A stretch of 64,000 bases of DNA from Callorhinchus milii (lineage: Eukaryota): assembly GCF_018977255.1 (NCBI RefSeq), contig NW_024704743.1, forward strand, positions 59,646,001-59,710,000, read 5' to 3'. Below the pieces are notes generated by a model. The model had not been told where the DNA came from. It did not search any database and was given only the letters and a program-made list of their open reading frames with translations. Made by a program: the position numbers and the translations under genes. Every line of letters starts with the position of its first letter. Position 1 is the first letter of the stretch. This document shows positions 12,506-26,277 of the stretch, in pieces.

Positions 12506-14737
12506 CTGTGAATGAAGAGAGAGATCACATTACATAACACACAGACAGAACCTTGCTATAAGTGCCATTGGTGATAATTACTCCATTGTCTGAATTTCTG
12601 CTCCCACGTGTGTTCAGATATTTGGCTGTGGATGAACATTCATTGAATATAGTTTGGTCCAAAGCCTATTGTGACGGGCATTAAATCTACCTCCAAAAAT
12701 GGAGTTAAATACAGATAAATGTAAGGTAGTGCGTATAGGAAATAAAAATAGGGGGCACGTGTACTCTGTGGAAGGGATATAATTTGCCAAGGGGGAAAGT
12801 GGAAAGATTTAAGGTATGTTAGTTGACTCACTGCTTACCATGTCAAAACAGTGTGAGGCAGCAATAAATAACTCAAAGCAGGTGGCTGGGCTATATTACC
12901 CAAATCACACAATCGCAAGATTGGTTTGAATGAAGAATAATATCTCATCCCTCCACAATATACCATCTTCCTATCACAGCATCAAGTTGCTTTTTAAATA
13001 AGTGCAGCATCCTAGCCTCACAACCACCCTTCCTGGCAAACCATTCTAGATGTTAATTACTCTGAGCAAAGAAAAACTCCCCACTTTGCAGCTCTAAACC
13101 TATGTCCTCTTGTGCTACTTCTTGATGTATTCTAAAGTATTGTTCTGGGTTTAATTTTTCAATCTCACTTAACATTCTATATACCTCTAATAAGATCCCC
13201 TCTGACACATCTCATGACTGAGGGCCTCCAGCTTGTCTTATCATTGCTTGTAGGCATATTCCTCTAACACTGGAGATCATCCTCGTTGCTCTCTTCTGCA
13301 ATTCATCTAGGGCCTGAGTAGCTTACTTATGTACGGAAAACAGAACTCTATGCAATACTCTTGGTGTAGCCTCATCAGAGCATAAATAGCTTGAGTATAA
13401 CATCTGGGGATTTGAACTCTAACTATTTGCCAAATAATATTGGTCACTTATTCCATGGCTGTTTGTGGGACACTGTTGTGTGCAAATTGGCTGCTATATT
13501 CGCTCATAAAATACGCACAGGCACAACACTTTACAATATATCCTGTGAAACACTTTGAGACGTCTTGACAATGAGATAAAGCGCTATATAAAACGCAAGG
13601 ATTATTATTATATTATTATATAGCTCAGCATCTTGTTTGCTGATCCCTAGTATTATAGGAATGAGCTGCGAGCACCCATATATAAATCCTATGCCAATAG
13701 TCATACATTATATCTGGCCCTATCCAACCTAAGTGATTACTTGCGACACATGCTACGACAATATAAAAATGCAAGTTTGTTTGAAGTTTTTTTCTTTCAA
13801 GTTTACCACAAAGCTCTTGAATCAACAGGTCTGAAGTGTCTCAGGTGGAGAATGAAAGCAAAGCACAAAAAGATTTTTTTGCTTGTCTGTAAAAAGAGTT
13901 CCCCACAATATTCTTTTCAATACTTCACCCAGTTCAATCAGATAAGAAGTCCAGCAATCCTCCTAGTTTTGGCCTTCATTCCTTCAAGGTCCATCTCAAC
14001 ATGTATCTATTTGACCACGACTTTGTTCATCTTTTTCCTCCCTCGCACACCCTCTTTGTTTCCCACCCCAGTTCAGGTGTACAGACAGCAGTGTTGAGTG
14101 CTTTGAGATGTCCCCCTGATGTGAAAGGCGCTGTGTAAATGTATATTGCATTGCCTTAAAATTTAATCATGTAAAATTATGGAAAATTATTCAATTCAGT
14201 CTTACATCGGACTCCAGTTTCCACAGTTCTTAGTTTATAAATTAAGACTAAATTTAATAATTTCTTAAAATTCTACATGATCTTAAATTTAAGGCATTAG
14301 TCTTAATGCAAAGCTCAGGATGATTTTGAGCCTGACGTACTGCCAATTTCAGCAGGAAAAAAAATGGTATGGAATGAAATAAAATGATTTGGCCTTGAAT
14401 ATGGGAATCATCTGCTGAACTGCTCAATTGCATTAACTGCGGTAGCTACTTGGTGTCCTGCCACATACACAAACAATGGCATGGGTCCAGTGTGATCAAC
14501 CAGCAACGTAGAACCTGTATCCCTCTTCACAAAACTCTTAGAAAATATATTCAAAACCACTGAAGTGTAAAACTTGTTCTAATTTCATAATTTTCACTGG
14601 CTTCATTAAACATCTACATGGGGGAGAAATTCCACCCAGGTGTCTATTTATTCTACTGACATCATTTCTGAGTGTCTAGATTTGGCAAATGCCTACACAG
14701 ATCCTCAATTTTGAATGGTTGTTTTTGTAGGTTCTTT

Positions 14738-15352
14738 TAGGAACATAGGAACAGGAGGAGGCCATTCGGCTCTTCAACCCCGTTCCACCATTCAATTAAA
14801 TCATGGCTGATCTGTACTTCAACTAATCCTGTCAATTCCAATTTCCTGCTTTCGCCCCATATCCCTTAATACTCTGATTTACCAAAATATTAACCTCTCT
14901 CTTGAAGGTGTGGATGGATCCAGCATCCATGGCCTTTTGGGGGAGAGAATTCCAGATTTCTTCTACCCTTTGAGTGAAAAAATGCTTCCTGATTTCACTC
15001 TTAAATGGCCTGGTTCTAATTTTAAGACTATGCCCCTTGTTTTGGATTCCCCACCAAAGGAAATAGCTTCTTTGTATCTACCCTATCAAATCCCTTTATC
15101 ATCTTAAATACCGCAATCAAATCGCCCCTCAACCTTCTAAACACAAGGGAATACAATCCAAGTATTCGCAGCCTTTTCTCATAACTTAACCCTTTTAGGC
15201 CTGATAACATTCTGGTGAACCTGAGCTGCACCCCCTCCAGGGCCAATATATCTTTCCTGAGGTGTGGTGCCCAAAACTGAACGCAGTATTCCAGATGGGT
15301 TCTGACCAATGCTCTATACAGTTGAAGCATCATTTCTTCCCCTTTGGTTTTA
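14738..15352 (-). mobile_element. CR1 LINE 3' portion
   Basis: ORF 15028-15360 LYRALVRTHLEYCVQFWAPHLRKDILALEGVQ...RRLRGDLIAVFK is a typical CR1 ORF2 C-terminus; CR1-type 3' end near 14740. Confidence 0.92.
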
Positions 15353-15534
15353 AGAACCATAGAAAAACAGCTTCAAAGTTAAGATTGATATCGCTGTGAA
15401 ATGCTAAGTCAATACAATAAATCTAGATCCAGGTAGAATTTCTGCAACAACAGAATATCTAACAAATTCCATGATAAGTTAACCACAATAGTAACCACTT
15501 CGACATGAACCTTGCAAACTATTTTTAAAAAAAG

Positions 15535-15765
15535 TTTTCTGCCAAATGTCTCCCCTCCTCCTTTGAAGCCAAGTGACTCATGCTAGATTAATTTTCAGGA
15601 GCATTTGCTCACTTTTCAGTACCTCACTCAAGTGCCTAACCTTCGTCTGTGAGCATCGACAGGCTTTGTGACCAAGGGGAAAATTACTGGAAAGTTTAAT
15701 CTGGTCCATACGCAATGTCTGGCCACACATTCACACTTTCCAGCACAAGCCATCAGTGGATACTT
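15535..15765 (-). mobile_element. LF-SINE-like relic
   Basis: Reverse complement resembles the 3' half of the 8190-8600 copy. Confidence 0.45.
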
Positions 15766-15902
15766 ATCAGAAAAAACGTTCTTAATGATGTTGATGTTGA
15801 GTGTTTAAAGGTGGCGCCCAGGTAAAAAAGTACATAAAACATGTAAATAGGATTGTGGATTTTTATAATGAGGGACTGAATACAATGGCATGGAAGTGAT
15901 AC

Positions 15903-16260
15903 TACAACAACAGCAACATTACATTAATATAGTGCCTTTCATGTCGGAGGATGTCCCAAGGCGCTAGATAGTGTTGCACTCAGCCTGGGGATTGGAATCA
16001 AGAGAGGTGGACGGTCAGGTGAGATGGGTCGAAAGCTAGATTAAAGAGATATACCTAGAGATAAACCATGAAAGAGACAAGGTAGTGGCGAGGTGGAGGG
16101 ATTCCGGGATGGTTCCAAAGGATGGGGGCAGAAAAGCTGAAGATCCGACTACCAATGGTAGAGAGGGCAGGCCTGGGAACATGAAGCAGATCAGTGTCGC
16201 CGAGTGGAGGGAGTGGACAGGTTGATATTGTGTTAATAGGTTGCAGAGGTAGGGAGGATG
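15903..16260 (-). mobile_element. L2 3' fragment
   Basis: PYLCNLLTQYQPVHSLHS peptide and L2 tail. Confidence 0.8.
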
Positions 16261-16803
16261 TTTCCCTCTATGTTCTGCAAATTCAACAAAGACTGGGATT
16301 GAAACCTGATACATATGGCTTGGTTTCATAGTTTCATATTGGTCTTTAAACAACTGAGCCATTGAGGAAGAATACAGAATTGTACAAGGTTGTTGCAAGA
16401 TCAGAAACAGTAACAAGTTTGCACATGCAAACAAGTCTGACAATTCTACAATTCAATATACTCAAAGGAAAAAGTTTGGACAAGACCAACACCATTTAAT
16501 AGTCAATAAATTATAACAATTAAAATACATGCCCTAAAGCCTCTACTTCTTAATGCACATGGGTTCATATAGCACACCACAGGCATATATCATACGTAGT
16601 CTGCGTGTGACCTACACATTTTTACTCAAACTTGGGTGAGATGCACAGTCTTTGTGGTTGGAGTTGATTGACTCCTTCCATTTAACAAGTATTATCTAGA
16701 TACAGTGAATATAGGTAATATCAGGATATCATGCTAGTATGAAATGTTTTGCAATGTTTTAAAAAAAAATGAAATGCTAGTCCTGTCTTGACTTCCTACT
16801 TAC

Positions 16804-16897
16804 CCATGAGGCTTATAGAGGTCCACTAACTGAAACAAAATCTCTACTTCCATAGGAGACACTTGACCAAACCTCTGGGAAGCAACCATAAATACCT
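16804..16897 (-). CDS. SLC25A13: Citrin coding exon (exon 8 equivalent)
   Basis: 94 bp, tttttcag|AG...GG|gtaagt; [32 protein letters not shown]. Confidence 0.96.
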
Positions 16898-17960
16898 CTG
16901 AAAAAAACGAACAATAATCAAATCAGGTCAATGTAGTGCATTAAAACACAAGTGTAGACTAGTCCTTAAAGGCTTACGTATCTGGCTGCAAGACAACAGA
17001 AAACTGGAGGAGCCGCCTGTGAGATGACTCTCTTTCTGTTCTTCTACAAACACCGTGCACAAAACAAACATGCCATTGCCTGAGGGTAAGGACAGAGAGG
17101 GTTTGGTGCCTTGATGTCTTCACACATGCTATGTGATGACTTCATCTGTCACTGTATGCACTTTACGTGCTGAAACTGCACTGGACAATAGCAAAGTAAA
17201 ACATAGGAAAGTCAGACAAAAATATCCAATTCTGAGATACCTTCACTCCAGTGGCACCATCCAGCCTCCAGCACCTTTTTTTGTCATTGTTCTGCTTCCA
17301 GTGACAACCAGCGATGGCACTGTGTAACAATGCCACACTCAGTGGTGATCAGTGACCCACAATAGGGCGTAATGTGTCGGCATTTTGTTTCCAACAGCGC
17401 AGTGGCATTTTTCTAAACTGAACCCAACATAAGTGTGTTCTACTACTAGACATAAGGTACTAATCAGATATGGGTCAGTGCAATGAGGGGGGATGGAAAA
17501 AAAAGGATGTGGAAATTTGCACGCATCAGTCCCAGTAGGTCTCACTAATGAAGCCTTTTGCTGCAGTGGGAACAGGCAGTAAAAGTGGTCAGATAAGGCT
17601 GATAAGATCTCAGTCCAAGCATGTAGGGTAGCTTACTGTACTGCCAGCATGAGTTATAGAATTCTCAAAACTGTACTGGAAGGCTGTTTTTATACGGTGC
17701 CAATTTGGCCATTAGCCTAATGCGTTAGAACCTTTAAAATCCCCATGTATCTGACTCTAGCTTCGCTGAACCTGATGTTCACTGAAATAAAAATCAAAAA
17801 CAACAAAGGCTGGATTAAAGAGCTGCAGCACAGTAGTCAAAGGATGTGTCACAGACTGAGCTGGGAGACCAGTCACTGATCTTTTTAAAAAAAGCATATG
17901 CAATGATTTTTTTTTAACCTTGGGAAATATCCAGAAGGCACAATCAGAATTGCTTCTAAC

Positions 17961-18099
17961 CTTTACTAACTTGCATATTTTTTCTGGAGCCAGCCAGAGT
18001 ACTGTAGATCCTCGTAATGAGCTCCATGTTGTTAAGGAGAGAGTTAAAACCATTAAAGTAGGAGAAGCTGACCTCACGAGATGTAGTACCTCCCGCTGC
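17961..18099 (-). CDS. SLC25A13: Citrin coding exon (exon 7 equivalent)
   Basis: 139 bp, tatag|GCA...G|gttag; [46 protein letters not shown]. Confidence 0.97.
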
Positions 18100-18750
18100 C
18101 TATAAGTAAGGAAGCAAAACAAAAACACTACATTCTACTCACATAACGCTATCAATGCTTTTTGAGTTGGAAATGATTCAAAATAAATTCTTTAAAATTA
18201 TATACCAAGTTACAAGTTACTTGCATTAAAATGAACTGTAACAGTTAAGAGGCAAGTTGTTCGCAACCCAAAAAAAATTTCTGCAAACAACATCAGAACT
18301 AATCATAAGCAGAACACAAACCATAATTTCTTGGAAACCTAAGCAAATACACATGTAGGCATAAAACAACTTGAGCAGCGGTAATTTTTTTAAGAGCACA
18401 CAATCTTAAATTATTGCATTTCAAAACTATTCGGAACTCACATACCTCTAATAAACTAGGGAATGGTAAAATAATATAAAACATCAAAATATTGATACAA
18501 CCCACCCCCTTCCCTGTACACACCCCGGTTAAGGAAATTGGGGGAGGGAGAGGAGGAATTTTCATCCTATGCAATTATTTTTAACAAAATTAAAAACTGA
18601 TCCACATAACTACTATTAATGTCACAGCATCATACTGAACATCTATCTCTATTTGCTGACAAGATCATTTTGTAGAGTTTAATATGATTTCAGCTGCATC
18701 ATTTCAGCATACCACAGTTTCCAAGTGTTAAACAAACTTATGCAACTTAC

Positions 18751-18897
18751 AGCTGTCAAGCTTTCCTGCACAAATGGAGACAACATATGTGGGCGAATGG
18801 TAATCATAATATCCCTGAAATCCATGTTTGTAATTGTGCCACGTTTTGCCTCATCTCTCTGCATAAAAGCTTGCTTTGCATGTTCCATCTGCAAGTC
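18751..18897 (-). CDS. SLC25A13: Citrin coding exon (exon 6 equivalent)
   Basis: 147 bp, cag|GAC...GCT|gtaagt; [49 protein letters not shown]. Confidence 0.97.
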
Positions 18898-19715
18898 CTG
18901 AAATTCACAAGGTAAATTCACATAATCAGTTTCGAAGATAATAGCAGGGTGTAGTCAGAGTCAACTGCAGAAAGAACAGATATCTTACAGAACTATTGTA
19001 CCTTGGATGTTGATGGCAGGACAGCAAGCTTTTGAGAAATTGGAATAGAGATAGGAATTGGAATAAGGTACCAATAATCAACCAAAATGTTCTGCCACCT
19101 AAAATATTCTCCAGCCTCAGAAAGTGCTGTTTGATTATGCTTTGCATTTAAAATTCTGTTAACAAGTGCAAAGCTCTGAGTAAAGTCATTGTATGGGCAT
19201 TATAAACTGGCCTCAACATTGAAGTTTAACTTAAGAACCAATAATGGAACTTCAATCATAAGCTTATGGAGGTCTGTCAGAAGGAGACTGGCATTTCGCA
19301 AGCTGTCATCATCAAGCCAACAGGCCTGCCTGGCTTTGGGGCTGCCACAAATCCAAGAACAAAACTTGGAATTTGTAGTTGGCAAAGCTATAATAATCAA
19401 TCATTGGACAGATACAGTTAGCAAATTATGAAATCAGAGGTGGTGAGTGTCCTTGTGTTTTATTGAAGAGGCCCACTCTTCCACCAGCATTTCCAAGCAT
19501 CTTCACCCTTCCTTGTCTCACAATAGATGAGCTTTGAATATGAATCCAAGCAGATAAATGTTATAATGTCACCATCCTTCTAACGTAGTTGCAGTGAGAC
19601 ATCACAGTTCATCTCAGTTATCGTCTCAGGACTGAAGACTACACATACTGTACTTCATCTGGTCACCTGTCTAGATCATGATGAGAAGATATGGAAAGAC
19701 TTTAAATGAGCATTG

Positions 19716-20134
19716 TGTGTCATCCTGGCTCAGTGATAGCACTTCTGCCTCTAGGTCAGAAGGTTGTGGGTTCAAGCCCTCATGTCAGGACTGGAACATT
19801 TAGTCTAGGCTGACATTGCAATGGATTGCTGGGAATGTGTTGCATTGCTGAAGTATTGTCCTTTGGATGAATGTTAAACTGAGGCCCGGTCTGTTCAGGT
19901 GGACATTAAAAATCACATGGCACTTTTCGAAAAGAGAAGGGAGTTTCTCCTAATATCCTGGCCGACTATCGGTAATTGTTTCATGGCTGTTTGTGGAACA
20001 TTGCTGTGGGCAATTGGGCTGCTGGGTTTATCTACAAATACACAGTCACTCCATTTCACAATAAATTCTGTGAAGTGCTTTGAGACATCCTCTTAATGTG
20101 AAAGGTATTATACCAAATGCAAAGATTATTATTA
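19716..20134 (+). mobile_element. Near full-length tRNA-headed Deu-domain SINE (SacSINE1-like)
   Basis: A box tggctcagtga, B box ggttcaagccc, Deu core, (TTA)n tail. Confidence 0.85.
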
Positions 20135-21697
20135 GTTAACCACTTGGTACCATTAGCTAACAGTTGATACCCACTTTAGACAACATCCACGATGAAGGCA
20201 ACAAAATGTTTAATAAGGATGATTTTCAAATGCCCCTCCACCCGTGAAGGATTTACATTGTTCATGCAAATATTACAGGGAGACTGACAGAAACTTACAA
20301 CAAAAAAATTTAAAAATTTGCCAACTATAAAATCTTTTAATTTTGTATTCCTAGGAAAACAAAGACAAAATAATCATGCTACAGTTTAAATTGCTTTTCT
20401 TTTGAAGTTATTGATCAGTAAACGGTAGATCAACACCTTGAGACGTCATCCTGACATGAAAGGCGCTATACAAATGTAATTTGTTGTTGTTGTAGATGCA
20501 GCATAACAATAAGCTAGTTCGGTAGTTAATACAAAATATTCGCCTTACTCCCCATTCCTCAAAATTCTCAGCATTCAGCAAAGCAGCATCAATGTCATTT
20601 GGTACACTTTAATTAGGAAGAAAAGCATGAAACAAAGACTCTATAAACCAGTCATTGGCCCATAGGAAAAGCATGTCATAGTATATGGATACGTTATAGA
20701 AACGGTGCTTTATATGGTTTCTCTGTTAATCAGGGAGTCGTAAACAATTCACATTATATTACACTGTGTTGAAATAACGGGCTGTGGGTATATAAAAACA
20801 AAAAGAAAAGGAAAAAAAACGACAACTCCAGCACATTCTCGATCACAAGCTAGGGTTAGAGAACCCATTTTTTCTTAATGCTGTTCTTGGCTATTCAGGA
20901 ACTCTACATCATTTTAAATTCAGCCATACAAGGCGTTTCCAAGTTCAGTCCCAGTTGACTTAAATCACGGCTTGAAAAGACGTCACTCTAAAGTGTGTCT
21001 GTGCACAACAGGATTGCTCTGAAGCTGACATGCAGTAAGCATGAGAATAGAGATTGCGTAATAATGTACAGAAGTGCGATATTAGTTAAAAAGTTTAAAC
21101 ACTGGACTTTCATCTGCAGAATGTTGGCTATATATTGACGGACAACGTCCTGGTGCCAGCACCTGGTGGTGCTGCAGTCATTCATGCATTTATATGAGCT
21201 ACAGGAATGGGCTCACTGTGATTCTGCTATTTTAAACTCTTGTACTAGTCTTGGGGGATTTCATTGGTTCTGCTCCAGTGAAATTATAGGCACTCAACAT
21301 GCAGACATATAATCCACTTCAGCTCATAGTTCTGGGAGGGTATTTATTTTTACATTTCATAATCACTAATTTGATTTGAAACACAAAGACACCCCTTCCT
21401 ATTCTGGAGATTTTAATGAGCGTTAACTGTCAGAGTCCAGTTTAAAGAGATAGACAAATATGTGCATGTGGTCACTACTATACAATAAGAACAAAATTAC
21501 ATTTATAGAGTGCCTTTCACATCACGAGGACATCCCAAAGCACTGGCTATAACAGAGCAACCAAAAGATCAGAAGCTAAACCTTTTGTACACCCAGGATT
21601 CTAAGCATACAATATGTGAATATGTGAATATCAGCGCCTTGGGACGTCCTCCCGACGTGAAAGGTGCTTTACAAATGTAATTTTGTTGTTGTGAATC

Positions 21698-21792
21698 AGT
21701 TCTGATGAAGGGTCGTGGACCCTGAAACGTTGACTCGCTTTCCTTTCTCCATAGATGCTGCCTGACCTGCTGAGCGTTCCCAGCAAATTCTG
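21698..21792 (+). mobile_element. Penelope-like element terminal fragment with a minimal hammerhead ribozyme motif
   Basis: agtt-CTGATGA-agggtc-gtg-gaccct-GAAAC-GTT-gact followed by ctcc.tagatgctgcctgacctgctgag, a tail I recall from chondrichthyan Penelope-type repeats. Confidence 0.7.
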
Positions 21793-21817
21793 AGCTTGTT
21801 AGTACCTATTGATTATT

Positions 21818-22190
21818 ATAATACTACTTTAATTGCATATAGCACCTTTCACATCAGGAGGGTGTTTCAAAGTGCTTCACAGGATTTACCATAAAATTGA
21901 TTTATTGTGCATTTTAGCCAAATGTGACAGTAAATTTGCACACAGTGTCCCCCAAAGAGTCATGAAGTGTATGATCAATTTTATCTGGGGAACTGTTGGT
22001 CAGCACACTGGAAGTAACTCCCTTTTTTTGCACACCTAAACAGAAAGACAGGACCGTGGTTTAACGTCTCATTCAAAGGACAGCACCTCCAACAAGGCAG
22101 CCCTCATTGTCAGTCTAGACTATATGAGTTCAAATTGAATTGTGAACCCACAACCTTCTGACTCAGATGCAACCAACTGAGCTAGGCTGA
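21818..22190 (-). mobile_element. Deu-domain SINE, degenerate
   Basis: Reverse tRNA head (gaacccacaaccttctgactcaga) plus remnants of core and tail. Confidence 0.7.
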
Positions 22191-23667
22191 CGGCATCTTG
22201 AACAAAACTGTAAATGAAAAAATGAATTTTAATGATGATCTTGCATACATTTTAATGCCCAGGCATATTTGGTGGCACTGAAGCAATCTGACTTCCAGCA
22301 GTAACATAATTAAGTCTGATTTATACTTCTCGCTTCTAGTATCATTGGCTAGGGCTGAGGAGAGCTCCAATAACCAGCGATAGTTTTATAATGTCATTAA
22401 ACAATTGGCCTTACATTCGTCTCTCTAATAACATTAAAACAGTCCCTCAAAAAGTCTGCTTTGAGTCCATTCTGAGCACAGCCTCAATCGATTCACATTG
22501 TCTGGATTGGAAAGAAATGTTATTTTCCCAGATGGAAATCATTTTGGTGGGATGTTTCACTGATGAGTGTTCTCCCTGATGAATGTAACTTCATGGTCAA
22601 ACCTGCTGCAGATTCCTCCCAATATCTCTTCTAAGAGGACAAATGTCAGTGGGAACAGAAAAGTCTGGGATAAGAAATGAACGGTTATGTGATCTTCATT
22701 TCAGCTCGAGTTATTTTACTGTAATGTTGCAATCTTCATTTCATGCATACTTGACGCTGTTGACAGAATTTGCACAATAAACGTTATTCAGGGATACACA
22801 ACTAACATTAAGAAACCAATGACTAGAAAATGCCCTTCGACCCTTGTCCTCAGGTAATTTGGATCTTTAATCCAGAACCAAACCTACGCGAGTTACAGAA
22901 ACAGGAACTCATAGTGAAGAAATAAGGCTTTGTTTAAAATAAGCTCTAAATACACAAAATTTGTGCTGTAGATAATACTTCCCACCCAGTAAGGTAGGAA
23001 ATTCAGCATTAACCTCTGTGACCTGCTTCAACCCTACTAACACAGCCACTTCCTTTGCTCAGTGAACACTGGCCTTCTCATGTCTCTCCGTCCTATCTGC
23101 CTAAGCATTGGTGGCTGGGCTTTGAGCTATTCTGTACCCACTCTCTGAAATTCCGACTTGTTCCCTCTTTCAAAGCACATCTCAAACATACCTCTCTGAC
23201 CACGCTTTTGATCTTCTTTCCCCTGCACACCCTCCTCGGCTGTGAAGCTCTTTGCGACGTCCTCCCAACATGACAGGTACTATATAAATGTAAACTGTAC
23301 TGTATAACTACTGATATTGATGATGAGAGCATAACTGAAGTTGGCTGTCAGTGCTCAAAAATCCCTGAGACACAAATTCCACTCAATTTTTTTTCAGATT
23401 GCTGGATGACCTTCCCCACAGAATATACCAAATTAACACTTATTAAAAAGGGAAGTATCCAATAAGAAAAGTTTTTTTAAATTAGAGGTGATTTATATAA
23501 TCTTGAAGGAAAATGCTTTACTCGGCTGCATTCGGCAAAAAGGCAAAATGTTTGGCGTAACAGAGTGTATTCAGATCACAGATATTACTATACATAAGAC
23601 ATATACCATAGATACTTTGTAGGCTATTGTTTGGTTTGTACAATGAAAGCAACACATTTTACTGATA

Positions 23668-24146
23668 ACATTCTTGTCCTGCCTTTAAATTGCAATAGTA
23701 AAATAATTCATTACTTGCGTATCTGTTTGCAGCCACAAAACAAAATAATGCTAAGCAAGTTGTTTCCTCTGATTCTTTGTATTTTTACTGCCTCATTATT
23801 GTGCACAACCACTTACTGAGGCCTTGAAAGTTGCCCACAAGTTGCATGAAAAAAACATTTTTGTTCAAGGTACTAGATGAATGCTCATTACTAATACCAA
23901 CAGCATAATCTGATTTATGGACCAGGCATTTTTGTTTGTAAATAATAGCTAAGAATTTCTTTGAGAGGGGATTGAAAATGCAACTTTCATGCTCTCAGTA
24001 GGTAGTTGTACAATAATGATGCAGTAGAAGTACAAAGAATCAGAGAGAAAAAATCTTGCTCAGCGATATTCTGTTTTGTGGCTGTAGACAGGTATGCAAG
24101 TTGTGAATCATTTTAGAGTTGCAATTTAAAAGCAGGACAAGAATGT
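23668..24146. repeat. Long imperfect inverted repeat (arms about 23668-23834 and 23980-24146)
   Basis: Arms are reverse complements along about 165 bp; the ORF track gives near-identical peptides on opposite strands (ILVLPLNCNSKIIH...LQPQN vs ILVLLLNCNSKMIH...LQPQN). Confidence 0.9.
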
Positions 24147-25838
24147 AAGCCATAAATGCTGTACAGTATATTGCTAAATAGTACCTGAAATGATTTGAAC
24201 AAACCATCTGGTCCAGGTTAACTGTAATATAAAGAGTATTCACATTTCTTAAACGCAACAAGAAATTTGGCATCCACAGGGGTCGCCTGCTGCCTTAGGT
24301 CTCAGGTCTAGACATCACATTAACAATATGATGCAAGTAAAAGAGCTCAGAAGGAATTGTCACATGCCAAAGGTTAATTTTTTTTAAAAAATTAACCTTG
24401 AAATTATGCAAAAAGACATTTTGGGAGAAGCAAAAAAAAGCTGTTATAAACTAAATACGCTGGATTATTTGTAAAATATATGATGTTTATTAAATGGTCT
24501 CGCTTTCAAAGGTACAACAGGCATATTCTCCAAGTGGTGGAATTGAACTATTGACAGTACAGTGCAGCACAGAAGTCATTTGCAGACGCAAATTGTGTGT
24601 TCAGTACAATTCAGTTTCTAGACCTGCTTTGAGGAAATTGGTATCAACACTTTGGGCATGTTATTTTGCAGAGACAGCGATCGTTATAGTGACAATATGG
24701 TGAAATCTATTGGAGAATGGCACTTCAAAACCTTTTTTTTGAGAACATTACATTAATTTTTAATCTCCACTATACTATAGGAAATCTGTCCTACTTTGAC
24801 ACCTACTCCAGTACAGTCTCTCCAAGTTTGTCTCACTCTGTCATCTCCTCACTTAACAAGGAAGGGAAGTTACGTAGGAAAGGATCCATCAAGAGCAAGA
24901 CACATTCTACAAATGCGAAGGTTATTATTATTATCCATCGAGAGCAAGGTAATAATAACAATCCTTGCAATTCATATAACACCTTTTCACTTTGCAACTC
25001 CTCAAAGCACTTCACATAATTTTTCTGTAAAGTGTAGTGAATATGACAGTCAATTTGCGCGCAAACAGCCAGAAGTGAATGAACAATTTTTTTTATCTGG
25101 GGATTGTTCGTCAGGACATAGAATGCAGGATGTAATGCAGCGTAATAATCTGCTGCCCAAGTGTGAATCCAGCCCAGTCTGATGGGATGAAAATCTCTTT
25201 CTACTACCTTCAAGTATCTTTCTTGAATTGAGCTTGGCTAGGCTAAAATCTATATGTTCTCCTGAGGTTGAGGTAAAACTGGAGGGGGGAAGTTGTGTTC
25301 CATTTGCTGGAACTTTCACTGATGGTGAACGTGTATTATTGTCAGTAAATTTACTGACCTTGGGCAGAGCGTGCTTATTGGATTTCCCACTGAGAAGCAT
25401 TCACGCTGCCACAAATGGAGAATAATAGATATTTGCCAGTAACAATTGGCACATTTACCAACAAATGAATATGAACACTCTGGTCTGCTATACTTGAACT
25501 GCTTATTGATCAAATTGGATATGGCATCCCCGAAACGGGAGAACGTTCCGGTTCCCAAAACCTGACATTTCTTATTTTGAGAAGCATACACACAAAACAA
25601 ATCCAAGAGCACTAATAGGACTGCAGTGCTGCATTTTTACAACAATAGAGGCTGAGAGCAGCACTCACAGCAATGAAGAAAGGAGAGGACAAGTCTATGC
25701 AAGTTTGATCAAATACATGTAGGCGCTGGTGCGATTTTATGATGACTGAACAGAGCTGATCAGTTTATCAGCTCTTACAGTCCTAAAGATGGTCACCACA
25801 CACAGATATTCTCGTATTATTACTAGAAGTATTGGTAC

Positions 25839-26277
25839 TGTGTCAGCTTGGCTCAGTGGTAGCACTCTCGCCTCTGAGTCAGAAGTTCAAATGAGTTCAA
25901 ATTCTACATCGGGACTTGAATTCACATGGTCTGACATGACACTCTAATGCAGTGCTGGGCGGTATAGAATTGTCAGAGGTGCCGTCCTTGTAATGAGGTG
26001 TTAAACCACGGTCCCATTTGCGTGTTCAAGTGGATGTTAAAAATCCCATGGCACTATTTGAAAAGAGGAGGTTCTCCCAAGTGCCCTAGCCAACAATCTG
26101 CTAAATAAAATAGGTCACTTGTGTTATGGCTGTTTGTGGGACATTGTTGTGTACAAATGTGCTGTTGCGTTTGCCTACAAATATACAATCACTTCAATCC
26201 ACAGTAAATCCTGTGAAGCGCTTTGAGACGTCCTTCTGACGTGATAAGGCGCTATATCAAATGCAAGGATTATTATT
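25839..26277 (+). mobile_element. Full-length tRNA-headed Deu-domain SINE
   Basis: A box tggctcagtgg, B-box-like gagttcaaatt, Deu core gtggatgttaaaaatcccatggcactatttgaa, (TTA)n tail. Confidence 0.88.

Noticed and set aside
24717..25612. Cluster of overlapping 100-128 aa ORFs on both strands
   Set aside because: No recognisable domain; it overlaps a decayed SINE tail and is consistent with chance ORFs
25839..25915. tRNA gene-like sequences (also near 19716, 28810-28883 and 44140)
   Set aside because: They are SINE heads with A/B boxes that run into SINE bodies, with no complete cloverleaf
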